Assembly (NCBI GenBank): GCA_964548205.1
Contig: CAZJPJ010000002.1
Span: forward strand, 5,737 to 69,736
Reading direction: 5' to 3'
Source: an uncultured Candidatus Saccharibacteria bacterium
GTDB taxonomy: Bacteria > Patescibacteriota > Minisyncoccia > Phycocordibacterales > WO2-35-19
DNA: 64,000 bases
Each line of letters opens with the position of its first letter. Position 1 is the first letter of the stretch. This document shows positions 1-9,201 of this stretch, one piece after another. Position numbers and translations under genes: made by a program. The notes beneath the pieces were generated by a model that saw nothing but the letters and a program-made list of their open reading frames with translations, was not told the origin of the DNA and did not search any database.

Positions 1-243
1 TCTAAGTTCGGTGCTAGCACAGTCGAGTTACTTAGAGCTCCGGGTAAGGGTGTTGTGGCTGGAAGTGCAGTCAGAACAGTTCTTGAGCTTGCAGGAGTAA
101 AAGAGGTATCCGGTAAGATATTGTCTCGTTCAAAGAATAAGTTGAACATTGCTCGTGCTACAGTCAACGCTCTAAAATCGCTAAAGGGCAAAAAGGCAGA
201 TAAAATCGATAAAAAAATTGAGGACAAGAAAGAATCTAAATAA
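1..243 (+). CDS. rpsE: 30S ribosomal protein S5, C-terminal part (5' end lies outside the window)
   Basis: Frame 1 translation ...[22 protein letters not shown]...[19 protein letters not shown] matches the conserved S5 C-terminal domain. It has a K/E-rich tail and sits directly upstream of L15. Confidence 0.85.
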   Translation, partial: SKFGASTVELLRAPGKGVVAGSAVRTVLELAGVKEVSGKILSRSKNKLNIARATVNALKSLKGKKADKIDKKIEDKKESK

Positions 244-279
244 CTTTTAACTTTATACTTTCAACTTTCAACTAAATTC

Positions 280-708
280 ATGCAATTACACAATGTAAAA
301 AGAAATAAAAGCAACAGAAAGTCTCGCCAAGTAGGTAGAGGTGGTGCTAAAGGCAAAACTTCTGGTAGAGGTACTAAGGGTCAGAATGCTCGTTCTGGCA
401 GAAAGAAGCGCCCAGAAATGCGTGACTTCATAAAGCGCATACCAAAACTCAGGGGTCGTGGTAAGAATTTCCTCAAATCTATCAAGCAAGATAATCACCC
501 GATAAACTTGTCGGCGATAAGTCAGAAGTTTCTTAAGGGTGAGGTGGTTAGCAAAGCTACTCTTATGGAAAAGGGTTTGATAAATAGAGGGGAGGTAGCC
601 AAAGTACTTGCGGCTGGAGAATTGGACAAAGAGCTAACTTTCAAAGGTCTAGAGTTGTCAAAATCAGCAATAGAGAAAATAACTAAAGCTGGTGGTAGAA
701 TAGAGTAA
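280..708 (+). CDS. rplO: 50S ribosomal protein L15
   Basis: N-terminal basic G/R-rich segment (GRGGAKGKTSGRGTKGQNARSG) and C-terminal ...KAGGRIE are typical of L15. It precedes secY. No L30 gene lies between S5 and L15; the gap is only 36 nt. Confidence 0.9.
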   Translation: MQLHNVKRNKSNRKSRQVGRGGAKGKTSGRGTKGQNARSGRKKRPEMRDFIKRIPKLRGRGKNFLKSIKQDNHPINLSAISQKFLKGEVVSKATLMEKGLINRGEVAKVLAAGELDKELTFKGLELSKSAIEKITKAGGRIE

Positions 709-723
709 ATTAAGTAAATAACA

Positions 724-1992
724 ATGGGTATAGGGAGAAAAATAAATCTAATTTTCAGTGACGGTAGACTCAGAAGCAAAGTCTTCTTTACTCTAGGTAT
801 ACTAGCGCTATTTAGATTGCTAGCTTCGATACCGATACCAGGTATCGATCCTCTAAGACTAGAGCAATTTCTATCTAGCAATGAATTTTTTGGTTTGCTG
901 AATATCTTTTCTGGTGGTGGGCTTTCAAACCTTTCTATCATCATGCTCGGTGTTGGACCATACATCACCGCTTCTATCATCATGCAACTTCTTACTGTTA
1001 TGTTTCCAAAAATTAAAGAGATGTATCAGGAGAATGGAGAGGCTGGCAGAAGAAAATTTGCCCAATATTCTAGACTCCTCTCTGTCCCTCTTGCTCTGAT
1101 ACAAGGATTTGGCTTCATGGCACTTCTTCGAAGTCAGGGTGTTATTGGAACCTTCACTCCTCTTGAAACTATCTCAAATCTTATAGTGGTCACAGCGGGT
1201 TCTCTACTTCTTATGTGGCTTGGAGAACTGATAAGTGAGTTTGGTTTTGGTAATGGTGTGTCCATGATTATTTTTGCTGGTATAGTATCTGCTCTTCCAA
1301 ATGCTCTAGTAAGACTATTCATAAGTTTTGATCCTTCGCAGCTGCCAGCTTACCTAGGTTTTGCTGCTGTAGCTTTGTTTGTGGTGTGGGGTATAGTGGT
1401 AGTAACAGAAGCAGAGAGGCCTATTCCTGTGACTTATGCAAAGCAGGTCAGAGGTAACAAGGTTTATGGTGGTGTCTCTACCTACCTTCCTCTAAGGTTG
1501 AATCAGGCCGGTGTAATACCGATCATTTTTGCTCTGTCTATACTCCTATTCCCTCAGATGATAGTGAGGTTTCTAGTCAATGTAGCAAATCCTACAGTCC
1601 AAAAGATATCCTCTTTTATTCTTGAGGCCTTATCAAATCAGATCGTCTACGCCGTCCTATACTTTTTCTTGGTATTTATATTTACTTATTTCTACACCGC
1701 TATTACTTTCGATCCTGATACTTTGTCAAAAAATCTTCAGCGCAACGGCGCCTTTATTCCGGGAGTAAGGCCTGGAAATCATACTAGCGATCATATATCC
1801 AGTATCTTGTTTAGACTTACTATGGTAGGCGCGCTATTTTTGGCTATCATCGCTGTATTGCCTATAATTCTACAATCCATAACTCAGATAAACGCGGTCA
1901 CTATAGGGGGTACCGGTCTATTGATCGTCGTAGCTGTGGTCATAGATCTTATCAAGAAGTTGGAAGCTCAGATTTCGGCTCGAGAATATTAA
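724..1992 (+). CDS. secY: Preprotein translocase subunit SecY
   Basis: 422-aa protein with multiple TM segments and SecY signature regions (GNGVSMIIFAGIV, QAGVIPIIFA). Canonical position after rplO. Confidence 0.95.
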   Translation: MGIGRKINLIFSDGRLRSKVFFTLGILALFRLLASIPIPGIDPLRLEQFLSSNEFFGLLNIFSGGGLSNLSIIMLGVGPYITASIIMQLLTVMFPKIKEMYQENGEAGRRKFAQYSRLLSVPLALIQGFGFMALLRSQGVIGTFTPLETISNLIVVTAGSLLLMWLGELISEFGFGNGVSMIIFAGIVSALPNALVRLFISFDPSQLPAYLGFAAVALFVVWGIVVVTEAERPIPVTYAKQVRGNKVYGGVSTYLPLRLNQAGVIPIIFALSILLFPQMIVRFLVNVANPTVQKISSFILEALSNQIVYAVLYFFLVFIFTYFYTAITFDPDTLSKNLQRNGAFIPGVRPGNHTSDHISSILFRLTMVGALFLAIIAVLPIILQSITQINAVTIGGTGLLIVVAVVIDLIKKLEAQISAREY

Positions 1993-2031
1993 TAACTAAA
2001 AGCTATAAACTAACAACTAGAAGCTAATATA

Positions 2032-2619
2032 ATGCAACCGCAGACTTTTATTTTTTGGGGACCATCTGGTTCAGGGAAAGGTACTCAAGCCAAACTGCTC
2101 ATAGACAAGTTGAAAGAAAAAAGTGATATGAAGGTGTGCTACCTAGAAACTGGACAAAAGTTTAGGGAGTTTGCACTCGAATCATCTTTTGCTTCTAAGC
2201 TAACTAAGAATATTTTAGATGAAGGAGGTTTAATGCCAGAGTTTATGCCCATATGGATATGGACCGAATATCTAGTAAGGCATGTTTCTGGAGAAGAGCA
2301 CCTGATTCTTGATGGTGTATCAAGAAGAGCTCCAGAGGCCCCAGTGCTTGATTCAGCCATAAAATTCTTTCAAAGAAAGAACCCGATAGTTGTTTCTATA
2401 GAAGTGTCTGATGATTGGTCTAGGGAGAGGCTCTCAAATCGTGGTAGGCATGATGATAATAAGCTTGATATCGATAGACGTATTAGTTGGTTCCACGAAA
2501 ACACTAAGCCTGCGATAGAGTTTTTCAAAAATAATAAAGATTACACTTTTCTAAGTATAAATGGCGAAAGGTCAATCGAAGAAGTGCATGCTGACATAGT
2601 ATCTAAACTTGGGTTATAA
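2032..2619 (+). CDS. adk: Adenylate kinase (short LID type)
   Basis: P-loop FWGPSGSGKGTQAKLL at the N-terminus. Position after secY. Confidence 0.85.
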   Translation: MQPQTFIFWGPSGSGKGTQAKLLIDKLKEKSDMKVCYLETGQKFREFALESSFASKLTKNILDEGGLMPEFMPIWIWTEYLVRHVSGEEHLILDGVSRRAPEAPVLDSAIKFFQRKNPIVVSIEVSDDWSRERLSNRGRHDDNKLDIDRRISWFHENTKPAIEFFKNNKDYTFLSINGERSIEEVHADIVSKLGL

Positions 2620-2621
2620 AA

Positions 2622-3395
2622 ATGATCAGATTAAAATCAGAAGAAGATATTGCGATCCTAAGGGAGGGGGGTAAAATACATGCCAAGATTCTTGCAGAAG
2701 TAGCGAAGAAAGTAAAACCGGGAGTAAAGACAGAAGAGCTCAACGACTATGCAGAAAAACTGATCGACGAAGCTGGGTGTACCGCATCTTTCTTGGGTTA
2801 TAAGCCTCAAGGTGTCAAAAGACCATATCCAGCTTCGCTTTGTGTGTCAGTAAACGAAGAGATAGTGCACGGTATACCAAACGGTGATAACAATAGAATA
2901 TTATTCGAAGGAGATATCGTAACACTTGATCTCGGTCTTACTTATAATAAGATGATCACTGATGCCGCTATCACCGTGCCGGTAGGTAAGATCAGTGAAG
3001 AAGCTTCTACTCTTATAAGAGGCACAAAAGAGGCGCTCGATAGAGCTATCAAAAACATGAGAGTCGGAGGACATATAGGCGATATAGGAGCAGAAGTGAT
3101 GGAAGTGGCAGTCAAGTATGACCTAGGTGTAGTCGAAGGTCTTGCTGGGCATGGTGTAGGATACAAAGTGCACGAGTCTCCCTTTGTACCAAATAGGGCA
3201 GAGAGGGGCGAGGGGCCAGAACTTGTACCCGGACTGGTCATAGCTATAGAGCCTATGTTGAGCTTAGGGAGCAGAGAGATAAAGCTTTTGAGTGACGGGT
3301 ATACTTATATCACTCGCGACAAGTCACTCTCTGCACACTTCGAGCATACAGTAGCGGTCACCAAAACTGGCATCGAGGTCCTCACTCGTATATAA
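2622..3395 (+). CDS. map: Methionine aminopeptidase type I
   Basis: MetAP fold motifs (IRLKSEEDIAILREGGKI..., metal-binding D/D/H/E/E pattern, HGIPNG). Follows adk as in the spc operon. Confidence 0.9.
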   Translation: MIRLKSEEDIAILREGGKIHAKILAEVAKKVKPGVKTEELNDYAEKLIDEAGCTASFLGYKPQGVKRPYPASLCVSVNEEIVHGIPNGDNNRILFEGDIVTLDLGLTYNKMITDAAITVPVGKISEEASTLIRGTKEALDRAIKNMRVGGHIGDIGAEVMEVAVKYDLGVVEGLAGHGVGYKVHESPFVPNRAERGEGPELVPGLVIAIEPMLSLGSREIKLLSDGYTYITRDKSLSAHFEHTVAVTKTGIEVLTRI

Positions 3396-3441
3396 TAGCC
3401 GTCTTATTAAAAATGATTTTATAAATTTAAATATAAGTAAT

Positions 3442-4047
3442 ATGGATCATCCAAAATCGGAACGTACATTGGTAGTGATAAAACCAGATGGTATACAGAG
3501 GGTCTTGATGGGTCAAATAATAGGACGGTATGAGAGAGTTGGCCTAAAACTCTTAGGTATAAAGATGCTTGTGCCTACCACTGATTTTATCGAAAAGCAC
3601 TATACTCTTGATCCAGAATGGAGAAGGGTAACGGGAGAAAAGACTATCAAGGGATACAAAGACAAAGGTTTGACCCCTCCTTCTGAGGACCCACTTGAGA
3701 TTACGGCAAAGATTTTGGAAGGACTAAAGAAATATATGACTAGTGGGCCAGTTGTGGCCATGGTTTGGCAGGGAGCTCATGCTGTAAAGATAGTCAGAAA
3801 GATCACTGGCGGCACTGAACCGCTCTCGACTGATGTTGGAACAATAAGAGGAGACTATGTTCTAGATTCATACCAAATGTCAGATAAAGATGGTAGAGCG
3901 GTAAGGAATCTGATCCATGCTTCTGGTTCGGTAGAAGAGGCTGAAAACGAGATCAGGCACTGGTTCAGTGATGAGGAGCTTATAGACTACCGTCTCGTAC
4001 AAGAGCAGATCATCTATGACGTAAACATTGACGGCATTTTGGAGTAA
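3442..4047 (+). CDS. ndk: Nucleoside diphosphate kinase (with an internal insertion)
   Basis: ERTLVVIKPDGIQR...GRYERVGLKLLGIKM and ...NLIHASGSVEEAENEI match NDK, including the active-site His region. 201 aa is longer than the typical ~140 aa. Confidence 0.85.
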   Translation: MDHPKSERTLVVIKPDGIQRVLMGQIIGRYERVGLKLLGIKMLVPTTDFIEKHYTLDPEWRRVTGEKTIKGYKDKGLTPPSEDPLEITAKILEGLKKYMTSGPVVAMVWQGAHAVKIVRKITGGTEPLSTDVGTIRGDYVLDSYQMSDKDGRAVRNLIHASGSVEEAENEIRHWFSDEELIDYRLVQEQIIYDVNIDGILE

Positions 4048-4221
4048 TTTATGCTATAATTTAAGTAGGTCATTCGGGTTTTTCTAACCTAAGAAAATGT
4101 CAGGGAGGCTAACTTTCCCCGTGAGATAATACGTTCTAATTACCTCTGTGTAAATAGAATTCATATCTCACTGGGGTCGAGGCCACCCACCTTAGCTAAA
4201 TGTTAGGGAATACCCCCGAGT

Positions 4222-4260
4222 GACCACCTAAAAAGCCCCATAGGGGCTTTTTAGGTGGTC
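4222..4260. terminator. Symmetric (bidirectional) intrinsic terminator hairpin
   Basis: Perfect 18-bp stem gaccacctaaaaagcccc / ggggctttttaggtggtc with a 3-nt loop. A-tract and T-tract are on opposite arms, so it would work in either orientation. It lies ~175 nt after the ndk stop and ~50 nt before the next gene. Confidence 0.55.
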
Positions 4261-4309
4261 GGATTGAGATATAGAGCAAAGCGACTTTGGCTATGATAAA
4301 ATTCTGTAT

Positions 4310-4738
4310 ATGCATAGGCAAAAACTTTTCCTAGAATTCTTTGTTTCCATAGTTGTTCTAGGTGTTTTAAATTTTTTGGCTACAAAATATAATTGGTATT
4401 GGACCAATGATTATTTTGATTCGATGATGCACTTTCTTGGAGGGGTTATGGTGGCGCTATTTTTTATGTGGCTGTATTTTTATTCTGGCTGGTTTGTGCC
4501 TCCTTCTAGGAATCTAACACACTTTTTTTGTGCCACATTGCTTTGTGTTATTTTTGTAGCCGTCAGTTGGGAGGTCTACGAATTGCTTTTGGGAGAAGCA
4601 AAGTTTAATGCAAAAAATTATCGTCTAGATACTACGCTCGATTTTATAATGGATACATTGGGGGCATTGGCTGCAATATTGTATGGTTATCTGAGCGAGA
4701 TAGGGCTTAGTGCCAAAAATATAAGAACTGGCATATGA
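4310..4738 (+). CDS. Hypothetical integral membrane protein (4 predicted TM segments)
   Basis: Hydrophobic segments VSIVVLGVLNFL, GGVMVALFFMWLYFY, CATLLCVIFVAVSW, LGALAAILYGYL. No confident family assignment. Confidence 0.5.
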   Translation: MHRQKLFLEFFVSIVVLGVLNFLATKYNWYWTNDYFDSMMHFLGGVMVALFFMWLYFYSGWFVPPSRNLTHFFCATLLCVIFVAVSWEVYELLLGEAKFNAKNYRLDTTLDFIMDTLGALAAILYGYLSEIGLSAKNIRTGI

Positions 4739-6129
4739 AAACCCGACAGATCGGAAACGAGATTATTTTTTACGGTGGAGTCGGTTCTACCACAGGTGCC
4801 AATTTTATGTTTACCAATGGCAAAGTAAAAGTTCTCATAGATTGTGGTCTGCGACAAGGTTCTAAAAAGGAAGAAGAAGAAAATTTTTTAGACTTTTCTT
4901 ATGATCCAAGCGAAGTAGATTTTCTGCTTATAACCCACGCCCATATGGATCATATTGGGAGGGTGCCAAAACTGATCAGAGATGGTTTTAGGGGCAAGAT
5001 CGTGTCTACTGCTGCAACCAAGCAACTGTCAGAACTTGCTCTGCAGGATGCTCTCAGGGTTATTTCTTCAAAATATCCAGATAGAGTGTTGTTTGAAAGT
5101 GAAGATGTAGAAGTCGCATTGCGTATATGGGAAACAAAAGAGTATCACGAAGTTTTTGAGTTGGGCGAGGGTTTAAAATGTGAGTTTTACAACTCGGGAC
5201 ATATTCTAGGTTCTTCTATTGTGGTTATAGAAGATAAGAGTGGGCGAGTAGCTTTTACTGGAGACTTGGGTAATTCGCCATCCCTTCTTTTACAAGACGT
5301 AGAATTGCCACAAAATATTGATTATTTGGTTATAGAGAGTGTGTATGGAGACAGGAATCATGATAATAAAGCAGAGAGACATGGGAAGATGCAAAATCTT
5401 ATAAGAGAGGGTATTAGGCGTGGCGGGGCTATTCTTATACCAGTCTTTTCTATCGAGAGGGCTCAAGTTCTCCTATATGAAATAAATAACATGATAGAAG
5501 ATGGAGAAATCGATCAGGTGCCGGTTTATCTTGATTCACCTCTCGGAGCTAAAGTGACAGAGGTTTATAGAAATTATAAAGAGCTATTCAATAAAAATAT
5601 TAAAGCCGAAATATCAGGTGGAGACGATATATTTGATTTTCCGAATTTTAAGATCATAGATAGTTTGCAAGACTCAAGTTTGATTCACAAAGAAAAAGGC
5701 CCCAAAATAATTTTAGCCGGATCTGGGATGTCAGAAGGTGGGAGAATGATAAGTCATGAGCAGTTTTATCTGGAAGATCCAAATTCGACACTCATCTTTG
5801 TCGGTTATCAAGCAGTAGCTACTCTGGGTAGAAGATTGGAGCAGGGAGAGAAACGTATCGAAATATATAACAAAAACAAGGAAGGGAAAAAAGAAAAGAA
5901 GATAATAAATGTCAGAGCCCATATTGAAAAAATAAATGGTTACTCCTCACATATGGACATGGATCACCTAACCGAGTTTGTCGACAATCTCAATGCACAA
6001 CACAAGCTTAGAAAAGTTTTTGTGTGTATGGGAGAACCAAAATCCTCGCTGCATTTGGTACAACGTCTGCGAGATTATGTCGGTGTCGAAGCTGTGTACC
6101 CTGAGATAAATAGGGAATACATTGTTTGA
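4735..6129 (+). CDS. MBL-fold metallo-hydrolase, beta-CASP RNA-processing family (RNase J/CPSF-like)
   Basis: Metallo-beta-lactamase motif ITHAHMDHIG, N-terminal GG.G...LIDCG pattern, and a C-terminal beta-CASP-like region. Overlaps the upstream ORF by 4 nt. Adjacent to rny. Confidence 0.7.
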   Translation: MKTRQIGNEIIFYGGVGSTTGANFMFTNGKVKVLIDCGLRQGSKKEEEENFLDFSYDPSEVDFLLITHAHMDHIGRVPKLIRDGFRGKIVSTAATKQLSELALQDALRVISSKYPDRVLFESEDVEVALRIWETKEYHEVFELGEGLKCEFYNSGHILGSSIVVIEDKSGRVAFTGDLGNSPSLLLQDVELPQNIDYLVIESVYGDRNHDNKAERHGKMQNLIREGIRRGGAILIPVFSIERAQVLLYEINNMIEDGEIDQVPVYLDSPLGAKVTEVYRNYKELFNKNIKAEISGGDDIFDFPNFKIIDSLQDSSLIHKEKGPKIILAGSGMSEGGRMISHEQFYLEDPNSTLIFVGYQAVATLGRRLEQGEKRIEIYNKNKEGKKEKKIINVRAHIEKINGYSSHMDMDHLTEFVDNLNAQHKLRKVFVCMGEPKSSLHLVQRLRDYVGVEAVYPEINREYIV

Positions 6130-7659
6130 TTACCTAGCGAATTCGATGACGCGGGATTCCCGGATGATGAGTACTTTTATTTCACCAGGATATTTTAGTT
6201 CGTTCTCTATCCTTAAAGCTATGTCTCTGGCTAAGTTTTTAGCTTCGAGGTCTGTAACATCATTGGGGTTTACAAAGACTCTTACTTCTCGGCCAGCTTG
6301 TAAAGCGTACGCTTTGTCTATGCCTTTGAAAGAAGTAGCAATGCTCTCTAGTTCTTCCAGACGTTTCAGATAATTCTCTACAGTATCTCTTCTTGCTCCT
6401 GGTCTAGAGCCAGATATAGCGTCTGCAGCTTGGACTATATAAGATTCTAATGTTTCATAAGGGTATTCTCCGTGGTGAGCCTCCATAGCCTTTACTACAA
6501 GCGGATCGGCTCCAAATTTTTGTAATATTCTTCTACCAATCTCTACATGAGTGCCTTGGATTTCGTGGTCTACAGCTTTGCCTATGTCATGTACCAGAGC
6601 CCCAGTCTTTGCTATTGCCACATTTGCTCCGATCTCAGCTGCGATCATACCCGCTATATGAGACATCTCTATAGAGTGTTGGAGTACGTTCTGGCCATAT
6701 GATGTTCTAAAGTGCAGTCGACCGAGTATCCCAATGATACGTGGATCTAAGTTGAAAACTCCGCACTCATATGCTGCTTGTTCTCCTTTTTCTTTGATTA
6801 TCTTATTTATCTCTTGCTTTGCCTTTTCAAGCATCTCCTCGATCTTTGCTGGTTGGATGCGACCGTCTTCGATAAGTTTCTCAAGAGCCACTCTTGCCAC
6901 TTGTCTACGCACAGGATCATGAGACGAAAGGGTGATAACACCCGGAGTGTCGTCGACAATTACTTCTACACCACTAGCTCTTTCAAAGGCCTTGATGTTC
7001 CTTCCTTCTTTGCCGATAATTTTACCCTTGATTTCATCAGAAGGGATCGAGACTGCTGTAGCAAATATATCTGAAGAGACTGAGTTCGCTAGGCGATGAA
7101 TAGATGTGGTCAAAATACTTTTGGCTTTTGATTCTAGTTTCTCAGCACCTTGTTGCTCAAGTTTCTGCATCCTTACTAACAGATCTTCTTCATAGTTTTT
7201 CTCTGCTTCAGAGAGTATGATTTTTTTTGCTGATTCTGGATTTAATCCAGATATCTTTTCTAGGTTCTTTATACGCTGTTGTTCTAGGGCTTCTGCTCTA
7301 TCTTTGATCTGCTTTATTTCTGTTGCTTTTTCCTTTATCTGCTCAACTTCTTTGTCTATGTCTACTTGGCGTTTATCTAAGAACTCCTCTTTCTTTATAA
7401 GGCGCTCTTCTGTTTTTGTTATCTTTTCTTCTCTTTCTTTGAATTCACTACGAAGAGAAGTTTCCATCGCGGCTACCTTTTTTTCGGCCTCCTCTAATAT
7501 CTTGGTCGCTTCTTCTTTGGCATGAAGTTCCATTTGCTTTATTCGCAGCTCCACAGAACCTCTTTGGCCGAGAGAGATGATCCATCTGAGGAAATATCCA
7601 AAACCAATACCCAAAAGGGCTGCGAAGCCTGCGAGTATTATTGCTAATTTTAGTGACAT
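6130..7659 (-). CDS. rny: Ribonuclease Y
   Basis: N-terminal TM anchor, a long coiled-coil, a KH domain (GKIIGKEGRNIKAFE) and an HD domain (HSIEMSHIAGMIAAE...HDIGK). Confidence 0.9.
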   Translation of the reverse strand: MSLKLAIILAGFAALLGIGFGYFLRWIISLGQRGSVELRIKQMELHAKEEATKILEEAEKKVAAMETSLRSEFKEREEKITKTEERLIKKEEFLDKRQVDIDKEVEQIKEKATEIKQIKDRAEALEQQRIKNLEKISGLNPESAKKIILSEAEKNYEEDLLVRMQKLEQQGAEKLESKAKSILTTSIHRLANSVSSDIFATAVSIPSDEIKGKIIGKEGRNIKAFERASGVEVIVDDTPGVITLSSHDPVRRQVARVALEKLIEDGRIQPAKIEEMLEKAKQEINKIIKEKGEQAAYECGVFNLDPRIIGILGRLHFRTSYGQNVLQHSIEMSHIAGMIAAEIGANVAIAKTGALVHDIGKAVDHEIQGTHVEIGRRILQKFGADPLVVKAMEAHHGEYPYETLESYIVQAADAISGSRPGARRDTVENYLKRLEELESIATSFKGIDKAYALQAGREVRVFVNPNDVTDLEAKNLARDIALRIENELKYPGEIKVLIIRESRVIEFAR

Positions 7660-7857
7660 GTTCTAAAAGGCGACTGGTTTCCTAGTGCTGTTTAGAGAGT
7701 ATTGTAAGTATCGTATCGAAAACATTAGTTTATAAAGTTTTTCGGTTTGTCTCAGTGTTTCTCTCGAAGTGGCAGTATCAGAAAACAAATCACATTAATT
7801 AAAGTATTAATGGTTACATTATACTTAATATTATTGTTTTGTCTATGCCTTTATGTA

Positions 7858-8454
7858 TTAGAGTACTTTGTCGATCAGGCCATACTTTTTGGCTTCGTCA
7901 GAGGACATGAAGAAGTCGCGCTCAACATCCTTTTCTATAATAGACATAGGTTGGCCGGTATTTTTAGACAATATCTTGTTTAGATTCTCTTTAGTTTTCA
8001 GTATGTGTTTTGCTGTTATGGCTATATCAGTGGCTTGGCCTCCTATACCGTCTATAAGTGGTTGATGGATCATAACTTCAGAGTTTGGTAGGGCAAAACG
8101 CTTGCCTTTAGCTCCGGCAGATAACACAATAGCAGCCCCACTTGCAGCTATACCTACGCATACAGTAGAAATATCGGGCTTTATGTGGTTCATGGTGTCG
8201 AGTATGGCAAGTGTAGAGGTGACTGAGCCCCCAGGAGAATTTATGTATATAGATATGTCTTTCTTTGGATCTTCTGACTGGAGAAAAAGGAGTTGGGCTA
8301 TAATAAGGTTTGCCATGGTGTCTTCGATCGGGCCTCCTAGGAAGATAATGCGTTCTTTTAGTAGGCGAGAATATATGTCATACGCCCTCTCTCCTTGGTG
8401 AGTCTTTTCGATAACTGTCGGCACTAGTATTGAATTGTATTCTTGTTTTTTCAT
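7858..8454 (-). CDS. clpP: ATP-dependent Clp protease proteolytic subunit
   Basis: ClpP core [24 protein letters not shown], catalytic Ser in GIAASGAAI, His in MIHQP. The start is placed at the internal Met (MKKQEY...), giving a typical ~198 aa. The longest ORF extends to 8559 and would overlap rsmE. Confidence 0.85.
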   Translation of the reverse strand: MKKQEYNSILVPTVIEKTHQGERAYDIYSRLLKERIIFLGGPIEDTMANLIIAQLLFLQSEDPKKDISIYINSPGGSVTSTLAILDTMNHIKPDISTVCVGIAASGAAIVLSAGAKGKRFALPNSEVMIHQPLIDGIGGQATDIAITAKHILKTKENLNKILSKNTGQPMSIIEKDVERDFFMSSDEAKKYGLIDKVL

Positions 8455-8478
8455 ACCGGACAATGATAACATGATTTT

Positions 8479-9201
8479 ATGCGTCTGCATAGGTTTTATA
8501 TAAAAGAAGTATCGATCGATAGAAAACAAATCCAAATCTTGGGCTCTGACCTTTTGCATCAGTGGAGAAACGTTTTCCGATATAACACTGGGAGTAAGGT
8601 GGTTATTTTTTGCGGAGATGGTTTTGAATACGAATGTGTTATTTTGCAGCTAACAAATAGAGAAGCAGTACTCGAAGTGGTAGAGAAAAGAGAGGGAGAG
8701 AGGGGATTTCCGGGTCTAGTCCTCTATCAATCGCTAATAAAGAAGGGCAACATGGAGTGGGTGGTAGAAAAGGCTACAGAACTCGGAGTCGTTCAAATAG
8801 TACCTATCGTTTCAGAGCATAGCGAGAAAAAGGGCTTCAATATGGAGAGAGCCAAGAAGATAGCTATAGAGGCAAGTGAGCAGTGTGGTAGGGTGGATGT
8901 GCCAGAAATCAGTAGCATCATGGAGTTAGAAGAATGTATTAAGGAAGTTTCTGGAAAAGCTGTGGCTTTTGATAAATCCGGTGCCTCTTTTTCGGAGGCC
9001 CCACCCCCAAACCCCCTCCCCCAAGGGGAGGGGGCAGGGGGAGGGGTGAGTATCTTTATCGGACCGGAAGGAGGGTGGTCAGCGGGCGAGATTGAAAAGT
9101 TTAAAGAGGTTAATATCAAAATACTATCTCTGGGTAACCTGACCCTCAGAGCAGAAACTGCCGCTATTGTTGCTCTAACAATCTCAAGACTTCTTGGTTG
9201 A
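8479..9201 (+). CDS. rsmE: 16S rRNA (uracil1498-N3)-methyltransferase RsmE, carrying an in-frame GC-only low-complexity insert
   Basis: N-terminal MRLHRFYI... PUA-like region and the C-terminal SPOUT knot ([10 protein letters not shown]). The insert ...[17 protein letters not shown]... is encoded by a C/G-tract palindrome at 9001-9046. Confidence 0.8.
   Translation: MRLHRFYIKEVSIDRKQIQILGSDLLHQWRNVFRYNTGSKVVIFCGDGFEYECVILQLTNREAVLEVVEKREGERGFPGLVLYQSLIKKGNMEWVVEKATELGVVQIVPIVSEHSEKKGFNMERAKKIAIEASEQCGRVDVPEISSIMELEECIKEVSGKAVAFDKSGASFSEAPPPNPLPQGEGAGGGVSIFIGPEGGWSAGEIEKFKEVNIKILSLGNLTLRAETAAIVALTISRLLG

Noticed and set aside
4048-4224. Possibility that the ndk 3' region is SRP RNA, tmRNA, 6S or RNase P RNA
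   Set aside because: None of the diagnostic conserved motifs (SRP domain IV GGAAGCAGCCAAGG-like, tmRNA tRNA-like ends, RNase P P4 sequences) could be located by eye. Left as an unassigned structured region.
7858-8559. Long (233-aa) form of ClpP
   Set aside because: The first 35 residues have no counterpart in ClpP and would overlap the divergent rsmE start. The internal Met at 8454 gives a canonical-length ClpP.
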